A stretch of 64,000 bases of DNA from Octopus vulgaris (taxonomy: Eukaryota): positions 45,570,001-45,634,000 of the forward strand of contig OX597830.1 of the NCBI GenBank assembly GCA_951406725.2. The letters are read 5' to 3'. Both the position numbers and the translations under genes were made by a program. The notes beneath the pieces are model-generated. The model made no database searches and had not been told where the DNA came from. It saw nothing but the letters and a program-made list of their open reading frames with translations. Positions 38,601 through 53,600 of this stretch are shown here, piece by piece. Each line of letters starts with the position of its first letter. The stretch's first letter is position 1.

Positions 38601-41600
38601 TACGTTTGTTTCTTTGCTCTTGTGGCACCACGTCATCCTATGTCTGGCTAGAACTTTGCACTGGCTACAAATATAGTCAATGGCCTTTAGTAGGGTATCC
38701 CAAACGAATGTCCGCTTGTCAAATCAACTAAATTACTACAAAATGAGTTCCTCTATTCCCATTATTTCCACACAGTTCTGTTACAAGAGGTTTTTTCCCC
38801 ATTTGTGCATACAGATTACTATGAATTAGGAGGCGCAATGGCCCAGTGGTTAGGGCAGCGGACTCGCGGTCGTAGGATAGCGGTTTCGATTCCCAGACCG
38901 GGCGTTGTGAGTGTTTATAGAGCTAAAGCTCCACGAGGCTCCAGCAGGGATGGTGGTGATCCCTGCTGTACTCTTTCACCACAACTTTCTCTCACTCTTA
39001 CTTCCTGTTTCTGTTGTACCTGTATTTCAAGGGGCCGGCCTTGTCACTCTCTGTGTCACACTGAATATCCCCGAGAACTACGTTCAGGGTACACATGTCT
39101 GTGGAGTGCTCAGCTACTTACACGTTAATCAGATCAACCAGAACCCTCGTCGTCGTAACCGATGGAGTGCTTCAGAGACTATGAATTAGATAATGCTTTA
39201 AGTCTGGATAAAGGTTTGAATTTTAGGAGTAAGTATTAAAAACATGGATGCTTTTCTCACTGTTTTAGTTAGACACATTGAGTTACCTCTAGCAGCATCT
39301 TTCCAAATAGTTTTATGCCACCAGTGTGGAAAAAGAACATAAAACAACAGATGACGATGAGTCTCATCATCATCATTTTGGCATTCACATTTTCCATGCT
39401 GGCATCGGTTGGAAGGGACTTAATGAGCTGATGTATTGTGGTACAATGCTCTATCTCTTGTCAACTTTGGTAAGTAAAGTACTTTTATTCTACAGTTCTT
39501 TGCTCATCAAACTACTGAATGACATGACAGAGTATACGAGAGATGTAAATAAACAGGAGCAGGCTGTGTGGTAAGAAGCATACTTCCCAACCACATGGTT
39601 CCTGGTTCAGTCCCACTGCATGGCACCTTTAGCCTCAGGTCAACCAAAACCTTGTGAGTGGATTTGGTAGATGGAAATTGAAAGTAGCCTGTCGTTTGTG
39701 TATATATGTACTAAATGATAAAGATCCTTCCCAAATCAATGTCTTGGTATCTGTGGTGTAATATATTCCCCTCTTAGACAGGACATTGGTCTGTCACAGG
39801 ATTCCTCATTTTTGCCAGCTGAGTGAACTGGAACAACATGAGATAAAGTGTTTTGCTCAAGAACACAACACTTCACCCAGTCCAGGAATCGAAACCACAA
39901 TCTTACAATCATAAGTCTAACCACTAAACTACACACCGCTATGTATATATGTGCGTGTATGTATATATGTATTTATGTGTGTCTGCATCTTTGTTTGTGC
40001 TTGTCTCCAGCCACTGCTTGACAACCGGTGTTGGTGTGTTTACATCCCTGTAACTTAGCAGTTCAGCAAAAGAGGCTGACAGAATAAGTACCAAGTTTTT
40101 ACAAAAAAGGTACTGGGATCAATTTGTTTGACTTAAAATTCTTCAATGTAGAGCCCCAGTATGGCCACAGTCAAGTGACTGGAAGAAACAGAAAAAAAAT
40201 ATAACAAATATTATTACTGCTCAAGTGGTGTTAATGTGAAGACATACAAACACACACACTCTCTCCCTCTCTTGTACACATACACACACACACCACAAGC
40301 GTCCATAAAATTTTTATCAATCAACATCTATTCACAAGGCCTTGATCAGCCTGAGGCTTTAGAAGAACCACAATTCCATGCAGTGAGGTCAAGCATGAAA
40401 CAAAAGGGCCATACCTGCAATGTTAATACATTTAAGGCCCCAGCATTCATTCTTTTAACTTCAAACTCATGTAAATAGACATGATAAAATTTCTGAAAAT
40501 GTTTAGATGAATTTCTGAAAAATAAATGTTTATAAGAAATTATTGAGAAATGAATGACTTACTTCTCTTCATTGGTCCCTTTCACTAAAACCCAAGGCTT
40601 GTGCATCTGCATATACTGGTTACCAAGAGTGGACATTTCAAGCAAGATTCGAAGACTGTCTCGCATTCTGAAATTTAACAAACAGTAGCAAAAGTTTTAC
40701 TATTTCCAGTTGTCAATTTACTTAATATATCGTTAAGTAGACAGGTTTACTGATATGTGCTTCTGTAGTGCTAACATTGTCAATCCTGGGTCCCTGCGTC
40801 TGACTTTACCCTTCACCTGGGCTCCTGAGCAAAAGAAATGAATGGTTGCATACACAGTTCTTCAAGAGTAATGATTGCAGGCAAACTAATGGACAGAATC
40901 ACAAAACAATTCAGGAGAATAACAATAATAGGCCTATCCTCTCTCAACTTCTGGATTTGTTCACCTGAATCACTATTTACCTCAACTCTTTCACCAGTTT
41001 CATTGTCCGAATCACTCATTGTCTTGCATAAGGGAAAATTATTTGTCCAAAGAATCTCATCAATAATTTCTTCAACTGCAAAGAGTCTAGGCTTCGCTCA
41101 TTTACCAAATGAAGGGCTGAGTTCATCACAGACTCATTTTATCGCAAAAAATATCCGGTTAAAATTTTTCAATTAAAAACAAAAATAAATAACAGTTGCA
41201 GGTGGAGACACCATTAAGAACGAGTGATGAACACATTTGAGGACAAGGCTACAACATGGTCTGTTGTCTATTTTTAGTATTTTATCTTCGTTTTCTGTGT
41301 GTGGCTGGTTTAACGAGAATCCAGTAGAAATTACATTTAGGCTATTCCCAGTAACATGGTGTGGTAGGGTTAATGTCCAAAATAATAGAGAAGATAATCA
41401 ACAAAAATAATCTGGTTGCAAAAATCAAGCAATACATGAGACGAGTGTAAACAAAGTGTGCTTTGGAGTGTGCTGTGGTTCGTTTTGGTGTAATGTGTGC
41501 AGTGTGCTTGTAATGTTACTTTCTCTATGTTAGATATACACTTGTAAGTCCCACTGTTTTTGCTATATATCTATCTATATGCTTTTTAATCATACCTAAT

Positions 41601-44600
41601 GCACTTGTTATTATAGGGATTATGGATTATTTCTGTCTACAAGCCTCACATTCAAGTTATTATTATTATTATTTTAATTTTTTAATTAAAAATTTTAATA
41701 ATAATTAAAATTAAAAATTTTAATAATAATTAAAATAAAAAATTTTAATATTATTATTATTATTCTGCACGTAAAAAGCACCCACTACACTCGTGGAGTG
41801 GTTGGCGTTAGGAAGGGCATCCAGCCGTAGAAACTCTGCCAGATCAGACTGGAGCCTGGAGCAGCCCCTAGCTTCCCAGACCCCGGTTGAACCGTCCAAC
41901 CCGTGCTAGCACGGAAAACGGACGTTAAACGATGATGATGATGATAAAGTGGTAAGCTGGCAGGATCGTTAGCATGCCAGGCAAAATGCTTAGCGACATT
42001 TCATCTATCTTTAAGTTCTGAGTTCAAATGCTGCCAAGGTTGATTTTGCCTTCCCTCTTTTTGAGGTTGATAAAATAAGTACCAGTTGAACAATGGGGTC
42101 AATCTAACTGACTTACTCCTCCCCTGAAATTGCTGGCCCTGTGCCGATTAAAGGCAGGTGAAAGTAATTGTTATTGCACACATTTGTATATTTGTGGCTT
42201 AAGTGGTTAGAATGTTCAGTTCATGATGGTAAGATTGTGAGTTCAATTTCTGGTGACAAGCTGTACCCTTGAGCAAGAGACTCTATTTCACGTTGTTTAG
42301 TCCACTCAGCTGACAAAAATGAGTTGTACCAGTAATTACAAAGGGACCAGCAGCCTTGTCACGCTGAATCCACATATCTGTGGAGTACTCAACCATTTGC
42401 ACAGTAACAAGTAGGCTGTTCTGTTGATCGTATCAACCGGAACACTCATCGTCATAACTGACAGAGAGCCAGTGAAAATGAATATAGTCTTTCACATGAG
42501 AAACAGAGATAAAAGCTGCAAAGGTTACAGAGACAAAAAACACAGCAACTTACTTGGTACATTCCATGTTTTCTATATAACGATGCAAAAGTTTGTTAAT
42601 TTGAGCAATGAGCTTTTCATCTCCCTCAATTAGGTCCATGGCCTGGATTGTCTGCTGAAAACTGTTGCTGATAAACATCAAGGCTCTACAAAACAATCAG
42701 AGTTTCTTCATACATTCAAAGTATTTAGAAAGTGTTGAAACAAGAAAACTATTAAAATCTAGGATATAATTTAGCAGACAAGAATAATTATAATACCAAG
42801 TTAAGGAAAACTCTAACAGAATTTTACTAAATTCTGCTTTTTATACAAATATTTAACAATTATCATCTAATTAAAAATTATTCTTACTGGAAGAGAGAGA
42901 GAGATTTACCTATTAATAAAGTTCCCTATGTTGTTAAGTAATTCACAGTTGTTCTTCAGTTGGAAGTCATCCCAAGAAAACGAAGTATCCTAAAGATTAA
43001 AATAAAGTTATTAAAACATACAAAAAATACAAACTTGCATCTCAACAACAATTACAACAACAGCTTACATGGGCACAAGAGCAAACTTTGGTAAGCTGGT
43101 GATGCACCAGTAATACCCTGGTAATCTTTACTTTCTAAGTAGGATATCTTTAGAGCTAATCCATCTTATTAATAAGAACACCTACCATACAAATTATTAA
43201 ATATAACTTAGTTTTCTCTCGATGCCAATACTACATGTTTGACCCTTTTAACCAAACATTTCAAGCCATTGTGTCATGCATATCTGCAAGTGTGCTGCAA
43301 AGTTTTGAGTCAGTTCAAAAATGCACACACATTTAGAAAACTTGATTGTTTTTAAAGATCCACACTGCACAAATACATTCTCTTTTAGCCAACTCTGCAA
43401 TCATCATCATCATCATCGTTTAACGTCCGCTTTCCATGCTAGCATGGGTTGGACGATTTTGACTGAGGGCTGGCGAATCAGATGGTTGCACCAGGCTCCA
43501 ATCTTGATCTGGCAGAGGTTTTACATCTGGATGCCCTACCTAACGCCAACCAATTCGAGAGTGTAGTGGGTGCTTTTACGTGCCACCAGCAGTAATGGCA
43601 ACGACCTCGCTCAAATCTTTATACACATGCCACTGGCACAGGTGCCAGTAAGGCGATGCTGGTAACGATCACGCTTGAATGGTGTCTTTTACGTGCCACC
43701 AGCACGGAGGACAGTTAGCCGCTCTGGCAACGATCACGCTCAGATGGTGCTCTTAATACCCTACTAGCACGGCGCTCAAGTGCCAGTAAGGCGACGCTGG
43801 TAATGATCACACTCGAATGGTGCCTTTTAAGTCCCACTGGCAAGGAAGCCGGTTAGCCGCTCTGTCAATGATCACACTCGTATGGTGCTCTTTGCACCCC
43901 ACTAGCACGGATGCCAGTCATCGAATTTGATTTTGATTTCACTTACCTCTACACTAATCCCTGCTTTAAAGCTATTTTAATTGTTTTTTTTTTTTTTTAC
44001 TGTTGTTTTATATAGCAAAAGCTATAAAGACACTGAAGGTAGGGTGTACTGTATTAAGTTTAACTTTTCTTTCAATGAACCATTGAAAGAAAAAAGATTG
44101 AAAAATCACTCCATCGACTACACCACTACACATTACTGACTCTGCTGTCTGCAACTTTAACTTTCTGCACCAACACTGCAGTCAATAATAATTTAGTGAA
44201 ATCACATATAGCAAGAAATTTAGCCAAATTGCTAATGAGATAAATAATTAAGAGAGAAACAATAAATGAGCAGAGTTTACAAGTTTGTCTCCAGAAACAT
44301 TACAGCCAACAAGTTTGTCTTTCTACAACAACTGTGTCTCTCCTGATGGATCAGCAAAGACAGAGAATGGAAAATTCGACAAGCATCAAACTTCCATATC
44401 CACAGATTGGACCGTGTAAAATGCTCGTAAATTAAAGGAAAATTTAGAACTATGTGATACAAAAGATTAATAAGTTAAAACTTTAGTAAATACTAATACA
44501 TCCAAACATGTATAACAGATTCCATATAAGAAACAGTTGTTTTGCATCCTTTTATTGGAGGGCGGGGATCAACTGATCTTTCCTGTTGAGGGCCCTTATT

Positions 44601-47600
44601 AATGCTAACAATCATTTTGTAGATTATGATAAAACTAATAATGTGTGAACTTATGAGTAAATGATCAGCAGGTAGTGAATTGTCTGAACCTCATAGCTCT
44701 CATGTTATCTCACTTGCATGGATTTAAGGTGAATTAGCAAGAATGGATTTAAGGAAAAAGCAGAGACAGCATTTCAAATGTAATGCTTTATCTCTAATGT
44801 TGGGAAAGTATCTGGGAGAAACACAGGGACTTGTAGAATGGAAATCTGTTTTGCCGAGTAAACTTCATCAAAGTTCCTTACATCACAAATATTAATTTAA
44901 TGAACTTATAATGAACACTGTATGCAGTCACTCAACCTGCAACAAATAGCAACCAAATTTCTCTTGAAAATAGAAGGACACATTGAACGTAGATGTTTTT
45001 GCCAGAATACAAAATGACAGGAGAGTTACTCATAGTTGAAATACTTCTAACTAAAGGTCAGCTCAATCAGGGATGACCTTGGGCTAAACAAAAACAGCAA
45101 CAAGTTTCTTTTGACATTAGAACATTGGTAGAACGAATTGATTGAATACCCCAGAGTACTTTATATGGCTATCGTTAATTAATTAACATCACATGACCAG
45201 ACTAGAGCAAGCTTCTTTCTTGCACACAACAACCCATTCCATTAACACCCAGCTTTCCACTCAACACCTTTTTACTAATTCACTGTACGTAGGCAGAAAT
45301 CAGGTTATTATGACGGTCAAACACCAATGCAGATGTAAATATTTCTAAAAATTTAATCTCTAACTATAAGGTTAGCATTTCATGGATGTCTAACCTGAGA
45401 TTATTAAGAAATTTTTTTCTGAAAAGAAAACATATATAAGAAGGATCAACTCACTTGAGATTCTGGACGCATGTAGACAAGATAAAAGCGGAAGATGTCA
45501 GCAGGTATTCCAGTATCTTTTGCATTATTACCAAACACACCAACGCCACGACTCTTGGAAAACTTTCCATCTTCGTAATTAAGGTATTCTGAAGTAAATC
45601 ATCGAACAGCGATGAAAAAATTAATAAAACATGTAAATAATGATCAGTGAGCCTTTAATCTTGTCACAATGAACATGGTTTCAGGAAAATGCCTCCAAGC
45701 TTGATTCATTTTAGTTAAAACAACATCCTAACCCTAGTCAGCTGCTCAGCCAGCAAAAGATAACATACCCAGCAGTCCATAAAAAAAAAAATAGAGAGAG
45801 AGAGAGACACTAAAAGACAAGATGGTCACAGTTGGAAAATCTTAGATCAAAACTCTATCCAATAAAAGTTAACTTAGGGCTACACAACAATAGCGTTCTG
45901 CCCGCTCATGTGTGCCACTGCCATCCACTTATCAATAAAATTCTGCAGTCTCCATGATTGAAATCTATCAAAACCTATCACTGCATGTGTTAGAGATTGA
46001 GATTTGCAATATATTAAGACAACATACAAAGATGCAATGAGGGATAAAGATTAATTAAAATTAATTAAATATGAAATGCTGTGGGGGAATGAATTTGATC
46101 TGAGCATTGATAGTACAGAGCCAACTACGAATATATTTCAGTCTTATGAGATCTCATCAGCAAATCTTTTTGGTCATATGCATCCACTCGCTTCACTTTG
46201 AACTATCATCATCATCATTTAACATCTGTTGTCCAGGCTGACAAGGGTTGGACAGTTTGACCAGAGCTGGGGAGTTGCACCAGGATCCAGTCTGATTTGG
46301 CATCGTTCCTACGGCTGGATGCTCTTCCTAAAGCCAGCCACTTGACAGAGTTTTGCCAGGTGTGTTTATATGGCACAGCAGAGGCACTTTTAAGTAGCAC
46401 CACACGGTCACCTTAACACAGCACTGCATGGCTGTTTTTATGTGGTACCACCACAAGAGCTTTACAACCAACACCAGAAGGACTGGTTCTAACATTTCTG
46501 CTGCAGTGTACAGGTCTTCGTGAGCACAAGGCACCAGGCATTTTGGTCCTTTGTCATCTTGCCTGAAAGGTTCAGCATCCTGAGGTCATTCTTCAGTATT
46601 TCCTCACATGTCTTCATGAGTCTCCCACTTCCAAGTGTTCCATCCACTTTGAGAGATCCACACTTCTTTAAGGAGCTGTCAGCATCCTTCCACATCGCAT
46701 GACCACACCAGCACAGTCTTCTCTCTTGCACACTGCAACTAATTCCTCTTATGCCTAACTTCTCTCTCAAAACACTGGCACTCTGTTGAACATGTACACT
46801 TACATTACACATCCAGCAGAGCATACTGGCCTCGTTCCTTTCTAACCATCACATCTTCTACATTCAGGGCCCATGTCTCCCTACCATATAGAACTGCTGT
46901 CTCTATACACATGCATCATACAATCTTCCTTTCACTCAGTGAGAGAAACCTTTCAAGACCAACACCTCTCTGAATTTCCTCCATCCTATTCTTATCCTAG
47001 CTACCACACTCTTCTTGCATCCTCCTCCACTACTAATTTGGTCCCCTAGGTAGCAGAAATTATCTCCTACCTCTAATGAGCCACCAAGGCCTTTGACAGA
47101 TCAGTTTCCCGAGTTTCTAAAGGTTTTATGGATCCTGTGCATCTTCCACATACGAAAACTATCTTCCCTAATAATAATTCCTATCAATCCACTGCACTTC
47201 TTGTGTGTCCATAGCTCACACTGGGTACACTGTATGGAGTTCCTGCTTACACCTTTCCTACAAATTAGGCAGGGCCACCTACCTGACGTAGGTAGGGTCC
47301 TGTCAGTTTCCTTGATTACTAGGATCTTAGTCTTTTCCAAGTTAACCTTAAGACCCTTAGATTCCAGGTTTTGCTTTCACACCTAGAATTTCTCATCTAG
47401 TTCTGATATGAAATCTGCTATGAGAGTTCCCAGGCACTGCCTGTCTTTAATTTCTCTGCTATGGCCTGATGGACCAAATATGAAAAGGAGTGGACTAAGG
47501 ACTGAGCTTTGATGAAATTCTACCTGTACATCAAATTGTTCGCTGTACTCATGGTTAACTCTCACCTTGCTGGGCAGTGTGTTTGTACATGGCCTGTACA

Positions 47601-50600
47601 CTTTTCATCAGCCACTCATCAATCCCTAGCCTCCTCAGAGCCTACCACATCCACAGCATGGCACATTATCGAAGGCCATAAAAATAATATCAAAAGCCTT
47701 GATGCAGTACCAGACACTGGTTCTCATGGCTTCTGATCTTAATTGATTGGAAGTATTATCATGTACATTGTTTTGTCTTGGTATAAAAAGATGGGTCTAC
47801 AGTAAATATACCTTAACCAGTTGAGCATGTCCCTTGGTGGCTGACGATGATATGTGCATCTCTGATCACAAGCAGTAGTGGGGGAGCATCATAGCCATGT
47901 GTTGAGAAGAATTCTTTGGGATTTGAATAATTCACCTCTGGAAACAGGTTTTTCGTTCAACATCCATAAACAATCCTTATTCAGTGACCTTTTGAGCGAG
48001 ATGGGCTACTCCACCAGAAGAAAATTCTAACAGGACCCCATTTGCAAGGTCATGCACTGTTTATCTTGATGTGAGATCACCATGTTGTGCACATATGGAT
48101 GTGATGCATGCGCCTGGTGTACCCTTATCTATCAAGTAGTCATGATGGGCTTTGTATATTAGTACCCCAGTGACACTTTGATGGCATGCACTGCTCTCTC
48201 ACACAATAATAATAATAATAATAATTCTTTCTACTATAGGCAAAAAGCCAGCAATTTTGAGTGGGGGGGGCAGTCAATTACATCTACCCCTGTCCTCAAA
48301 AGATGAAAGGTAAACCCGAATTCAGCAGCCATTCAAACACACAAAATAAAGACAGACAAAATGCTGCCAAACATTTTTGGTCTGGCACAGTAATGATGCT
48401 ACCAGTTTGTCATCTTAATAAGAATTCTTTCTCCAGTAGGCACATGGATTGAAATTTTGTGAGAGAGAGAGATAGATGTTTACATCGACCCCACCACTTG
48501 ACTGTTACTTGTTTTATTGACCTCAAAAGGATGAAAGGCAAAGCCGGCCTCAGTGGAATTTGAACCCAGAATGTAAAGACAGATGAAATGACACCAAGCA
48601 TTTAGCCTGGTAACAAATCAAGAAGCCAGTTTTTATAGGGATGAGTTGATAAAAAGTCAAATTAATGAGGGTAAAAACATATCAAGATGCAAATAAATTG
48701 TTAATTATCAAATTGAAGCATTGGGCGTGGGGGGGGGGGAGTATAAACAAACAAATATAAACAGGAACCAAGAGTAAATTAGTCTTGGTTTGCTTGAAGC
48801 TTATTTTCTCTTTGGAATACAAGAATAATGAAACGAAACTCGTCACTCACCTGTAGCAAGGACACTGTCAACCAGAGTATAATTTTGGTTAGCACCCAGC
48901 AATGTGGCAGGAAAGATAACACTATGAAAGGGTACATTGTCTTTACCTAAGAAATTATACATTTGTACCTGTTATAAAAAAAAAATCTTTTTTAAGTAAA
49001 TAGAATTTCAGTTTACATTCAACAACATTCTTTTTCACACAGAATGTATAAACTAACATCCACACGAAATGATGGTTTATCCTTTAACAGCCGTTTTCCA
49101 TGCTGTATGGGTACATCAAATAAAATTTATTTTCCAGAAGTTATTCCAACCTGTTGCACAGATGCTCCTTTATCACCATCAGAAATGCAGAGAAATAATG
49201 ACTGGCCCATTGGAAATAAAATAAGTATTGGAGCTAATTGAATTAGATACAAGTAAAATATAAATTGTGACCATGTACCAAAGTTAGAGATTATCATTAT
49301 TATTATTATTATTATTATTATTGAGTACGAGCTGGTCACCGGCATAGTTAACCAGGTCATTCAGGCAAGTGTAATACCCAGTAACTGGCATAGCAGCATA
49401 ATTGTTAGCTACTACAAGGGTAAGAGTGATGCTTTAGATAGGAGCAATTATAGAGGCATCAAAGTCCTGGACAAGGTGATGAAAATTACAGAGAGAGTTA
49501 TAACCCAATTAATTAGGAGCAAAATTAGGCTACAGGAAATGCATTTTGATTTTGTCTGGGGAAGAAGCACTACTGGCACTATTTTCATAGTCAGGCAACT
49601 TTAGGAGAAGTACTTAGCTAAGAATAAACCATTATACTTGGCCTTTGTTGATCTAGAGAAAGCCTTCAATAGAGTGCCCTGCTGTGTGATGTGATGGGTT
49701 CTGAGGAGGCTAGGGATTAACAAATGGCTGGTGAAGGCTGTACAGGCCATGTACAGAGACTGTTTTCTTTTCAAGCATTGGGCTTCACGGAGGTGAGTTC
49801 CTTTTGAGCAGTGGGCCTCACGGAGGCAAAGTGACTGGGTTCCTTTCACGTGTTGTGCCTCTCAGAGGCAACGACTGAGACCTTTGGCATTATACTGTGC
49901 TTGAGAAGACCACTCATCAAGCCAAGTAAAATTGCATTTGTGGCAGATACTGGTGTCATGCAAATGGCACGTAAAAGCACCCATTACACTCTTGGAGTGG
50001 TTGGCATTCGATAGGGCATCCAGCCATAGAAACCATGCTAAATCAGACTGGAGTCTCGAGCAGCGTTCCAGCTTGCCAGCTCTGGTCAAACTGTCCAACC
50101 CATGCCAGCACGGACAACGGATGCTAAATTATGATGATGATGATGATTATTATTATTATTAGTTAGTCAGTACCCACCTGAGATGGATTTTTCCACCACT
50201 TTTCCCATTTCTCAGTATAATTCGCTGTGATGGAGATGTAGCCAATTGGAGCATCAAACCATACATAAAAGACCTGGTCAAAAGAAAGATAAAAAAAAAC
50301 ATTTGTCATTTTAGTCAGTCAGATAACAACAAAATGGGTTTTGTCAGCTGGAAAATTTAACTGGAACGTTAAACCTGAAAAAAGTTTGGGTCTCGTTTGT
50401 ACTATGCATGTAGTAAATATGCTGCTCTTCAGTTCAATAATGTGTCAAATACTTTTCGGTACATCAAGTTCCATATGGTACTCTGTTGATATGATTTAGC
50501 ATCACAGCCAGAAAAATAGGAAAAAGAATTAGAAAAAGACAAAATTGTATATCTCATAGAACAGAAGCTGATATGCCTCGACCATCTTGCCTTTCACTGC

Positions 50601-53600
50601 TGTAGTCAACCTTAGAATCCACAGGCATACATCAAGCTAAAGAGGGTACTTTTAAGTAGTCCAACTGCTAGAAATAGCAGAAATTTCCACCTTATCATCT
50701 TAAAACAAAAGACATTAAATCATGTTGTCCAAGGTACACTGTGTGAAAAAAATATTGGGATGGTGATGGATGGAATGTCCCAGATCACAGTTTTTTTCAA
50801 TTAGATTATGAAGGCTAAACAACTACAACAGGGATACTGCAAGTGACTGGAAGCTAGAAGGAGCGGACAGTGTTCGTAGTCTTAAACTGCAGTTCAGATA
50901 ATCTATTCCTGCATGTGCAGTCGAGGTATGATATATTTGGAAGAAATCTTTGGGTTACTTGGCTGGCTATTTGCACGCCAAAAGAGTGTTCAATCAGAGC
51001 TGACGTGAAGCAAACCCCTTTCTTTCTCCAACTTCATTTTGTCCATTGTTTCGACTTGCGTACCTGTCTAAACTCTTCACTCCATGCAACACTTCCTCTT
51101 CTTTCGCCAGGTTTTCTACTCCCGATTTCTCCCTCTCTATCTGGCATGACGTTACACAATAATGATCTCAGGTAACAGCTCAGAAACAATACAATGAGGG
51201 GTGTCTATTTACTTTTCTGATTCTGTCTCTATTTCCTTAAAAATTCAGAAACAGAAGAGGTAAATGTGAGAATCATTTGTAGGATTGGTTTCTTTTGCTG
51301 GTAAAGAAGAGGATCATATTTACCACAGCAACAGAATAAGATCTAAGATTATGATTAAAACCCCCAGAAACTACATTAATTAACTTAGGAACATTAAAGT
51401 ACAGGGGTTGGACAAAATAATGGAAAGACCTAGCATCATAATTTTGAAATATCTATAAAACTGTCAAAAGCTTGTTTACTTTTATGTGTTTTGATTTATT
51501 ATTAGTGTTGCTTAATATGTTTTGCTAAAATTGCTGTTTCTTTTCAGATATCATCAGAAAAAGGTAATTAGAATTCATTAAAATGACAGATCTTTCAAAA
51601 AGGTAAAATTGTTGGTGCTTGTATGGCAGGTGCTAGCGTAACGAAAACAGCCGAAATGTTTGGTGTATCAAGAAGTACTGTCTTGAAAGTAATGGCAGCC
51701 CTCTTTGAGAAAGAGGGAAAAGCCTCCTCATTGAAACAAAACTCCAGAAGAAAACCAAAACATTCTGACAAGGACTATCGAACTCTTACGTGAATTGTTA
51801 GAAAGGATCACAAAATGTACAGCTCCCAAAATTACTGCAGAGCTAACCCAGTTTCCACAAAACACTGTTTATCCGGGAGTTGCACAAAGCCAGATTTCAC
51901 GGGAGGACTGCAATCAGAAAACCAATACTTTCAAAAATAAACGTTGCAAAGCATTTAGAATGGAGTAAAAGCCTACAGAATTGGTTCTGTAGGGCAGTGG
52001 AAGAATGTTATTTTCTCAGACGAATCATCTTTTAAATATTTCCGACCACCGGCCGAGTATACGTGTGGAGACTGCCAAAAGAAGCATTTGACCCAGACTC
52101 CCTTCTTCCAGCTGTTAAACATGGAGGAAGATCTGTGTGATAGGTGGGGGGCTATATCTTGGAAATCCACTGGCCCAATGGTTTCCCTTCAAGCAGAATT
52201 AATAGTCAAGACTATTGAAGCATTTTATCTGATCAAATTCATCCTATGGTTGCGGAACTGTTTCCAGAGGGAAACGCAATCTTTCAGGATGATAATGCAC
52301 CAATTCACACAGCTAAAGTTGTTACCGAATGGTACGAGAAACATTCTAGTGAAGTTGAACATCTTATCTAGCCTCCACAGTCCCCAGATCTCAATATTAT
52401 TGAACATTTATGGTACATTTTGGAAACAGTCAACTAATTCTTGTGTTTGGGTGAGACACACAGTCATTCATTATGATGGTGTTGTAGTAACGTCCAGAGT
52501 TGTTGAGGTGTTAGGATATTTGCAGAAGATAAAACCAGTAGATTTGAGCAACAATAAGCTCTTTCCCTTTCGAGTATACAGTTTTCAGTATGTTGTCTAA
52601 GTGATCAACGGAAATCCTCTCTGTGCAGCCTGAAATGGCAAATTGCTTCTTTGTGGTTTGTTGTGGAGAGAGACTGAGGAAACAGCATCACAGGCATAAT
52701 CCATGATCGATCTACATACTACCAGAATCACTTAAAAATAACAGCCAAATCTTCCACACACTTCACCTTATCTTCTTAAAAGAGAAACAAAAACACTGAA
52801 GAATTCACTTCTAAAAGAATATTCTAATAGTAATATTGTAATAATAATATACCAGTTAGGAATAGATAGAAATTTTGAATACAAAACTAAAACTTACTTT
52901 GTCAGTGAAACCTTTTAAAGGCACTGGTGTTCCCCACTTCAAATCTCGACTTATACAGCGAGGTTTCAAACCATCTCTCAACCAAGAATTTGTGATTACT
53001 TTTGCATTATTTGTCCAAATACCTTTAGGAAAGACATGATCCAAGTGTTTCTTTAAATCCGGTTCCAGCTGAAATGATTGACCAAATTTTGTGTAAGTCG
53101 CACAGTAGGAATATTCCAGTAATTATCTTTATACAAACCTTCTAATTCTGCAAGTTACAATTGTCTAAGTAACATTAATAACAGTATTTATTTGTCATAT
53201 TTACTGAAACTTGACAATTTTTAATATTTTACTGCATCATTTTCAATTCAACATAAAAAAAAATCAAACTTGTTTTCAATCATACTCAACTGGTTAAATT
53301 GATTTCTAAGTATTGAAAATAATGTGATTTTTCAGCATTCCTCAAGAGTCTAACAACCCTATCATCCATTTTCTAAAGCCTAACATTCCATAAAGAGCTA
53401 AACAAGTCACATCAACACTCCAGAGCAGCCGTATCTCCATGAAATCATACCATGTTTAAAAATAAGAATGGAAAGACACGTTGAACAATGTAGTCCAACA
53501 TACATCATCATCATCATCATTTAACATCCGCTTTCCATGCTAGCATGGGTTGGACGGTTCAACTGGGGCCTGGCAAGCTCGAAGGCTGCAGTGTTTCTAC

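Noticed and set aside
38829-38905. tRNA gene
   Set aside because: Has A and B boxes but no full cloverleaf, and it continues into a SINE body
40813-41110. Acidic ORF resembling a piggyBac transposase N-terminus
   Set aside because: Too short and degraded; no catalytic motifs or termini found
41660-41765. AT-only quasi-palindromic tandem repeat
   Set aside because: Low-complexity slippage product next to a repeat insertion
43560-43930. CRISPR-like repeat-spacer array (also 33820, 56180, 58610)
   Set aside because: The variable parts are only 6-11 nt hairpin loops and recur between units. There are no cas genes, the context is a eukaryotic intron, and the array is part of an RTE 3' UTR.
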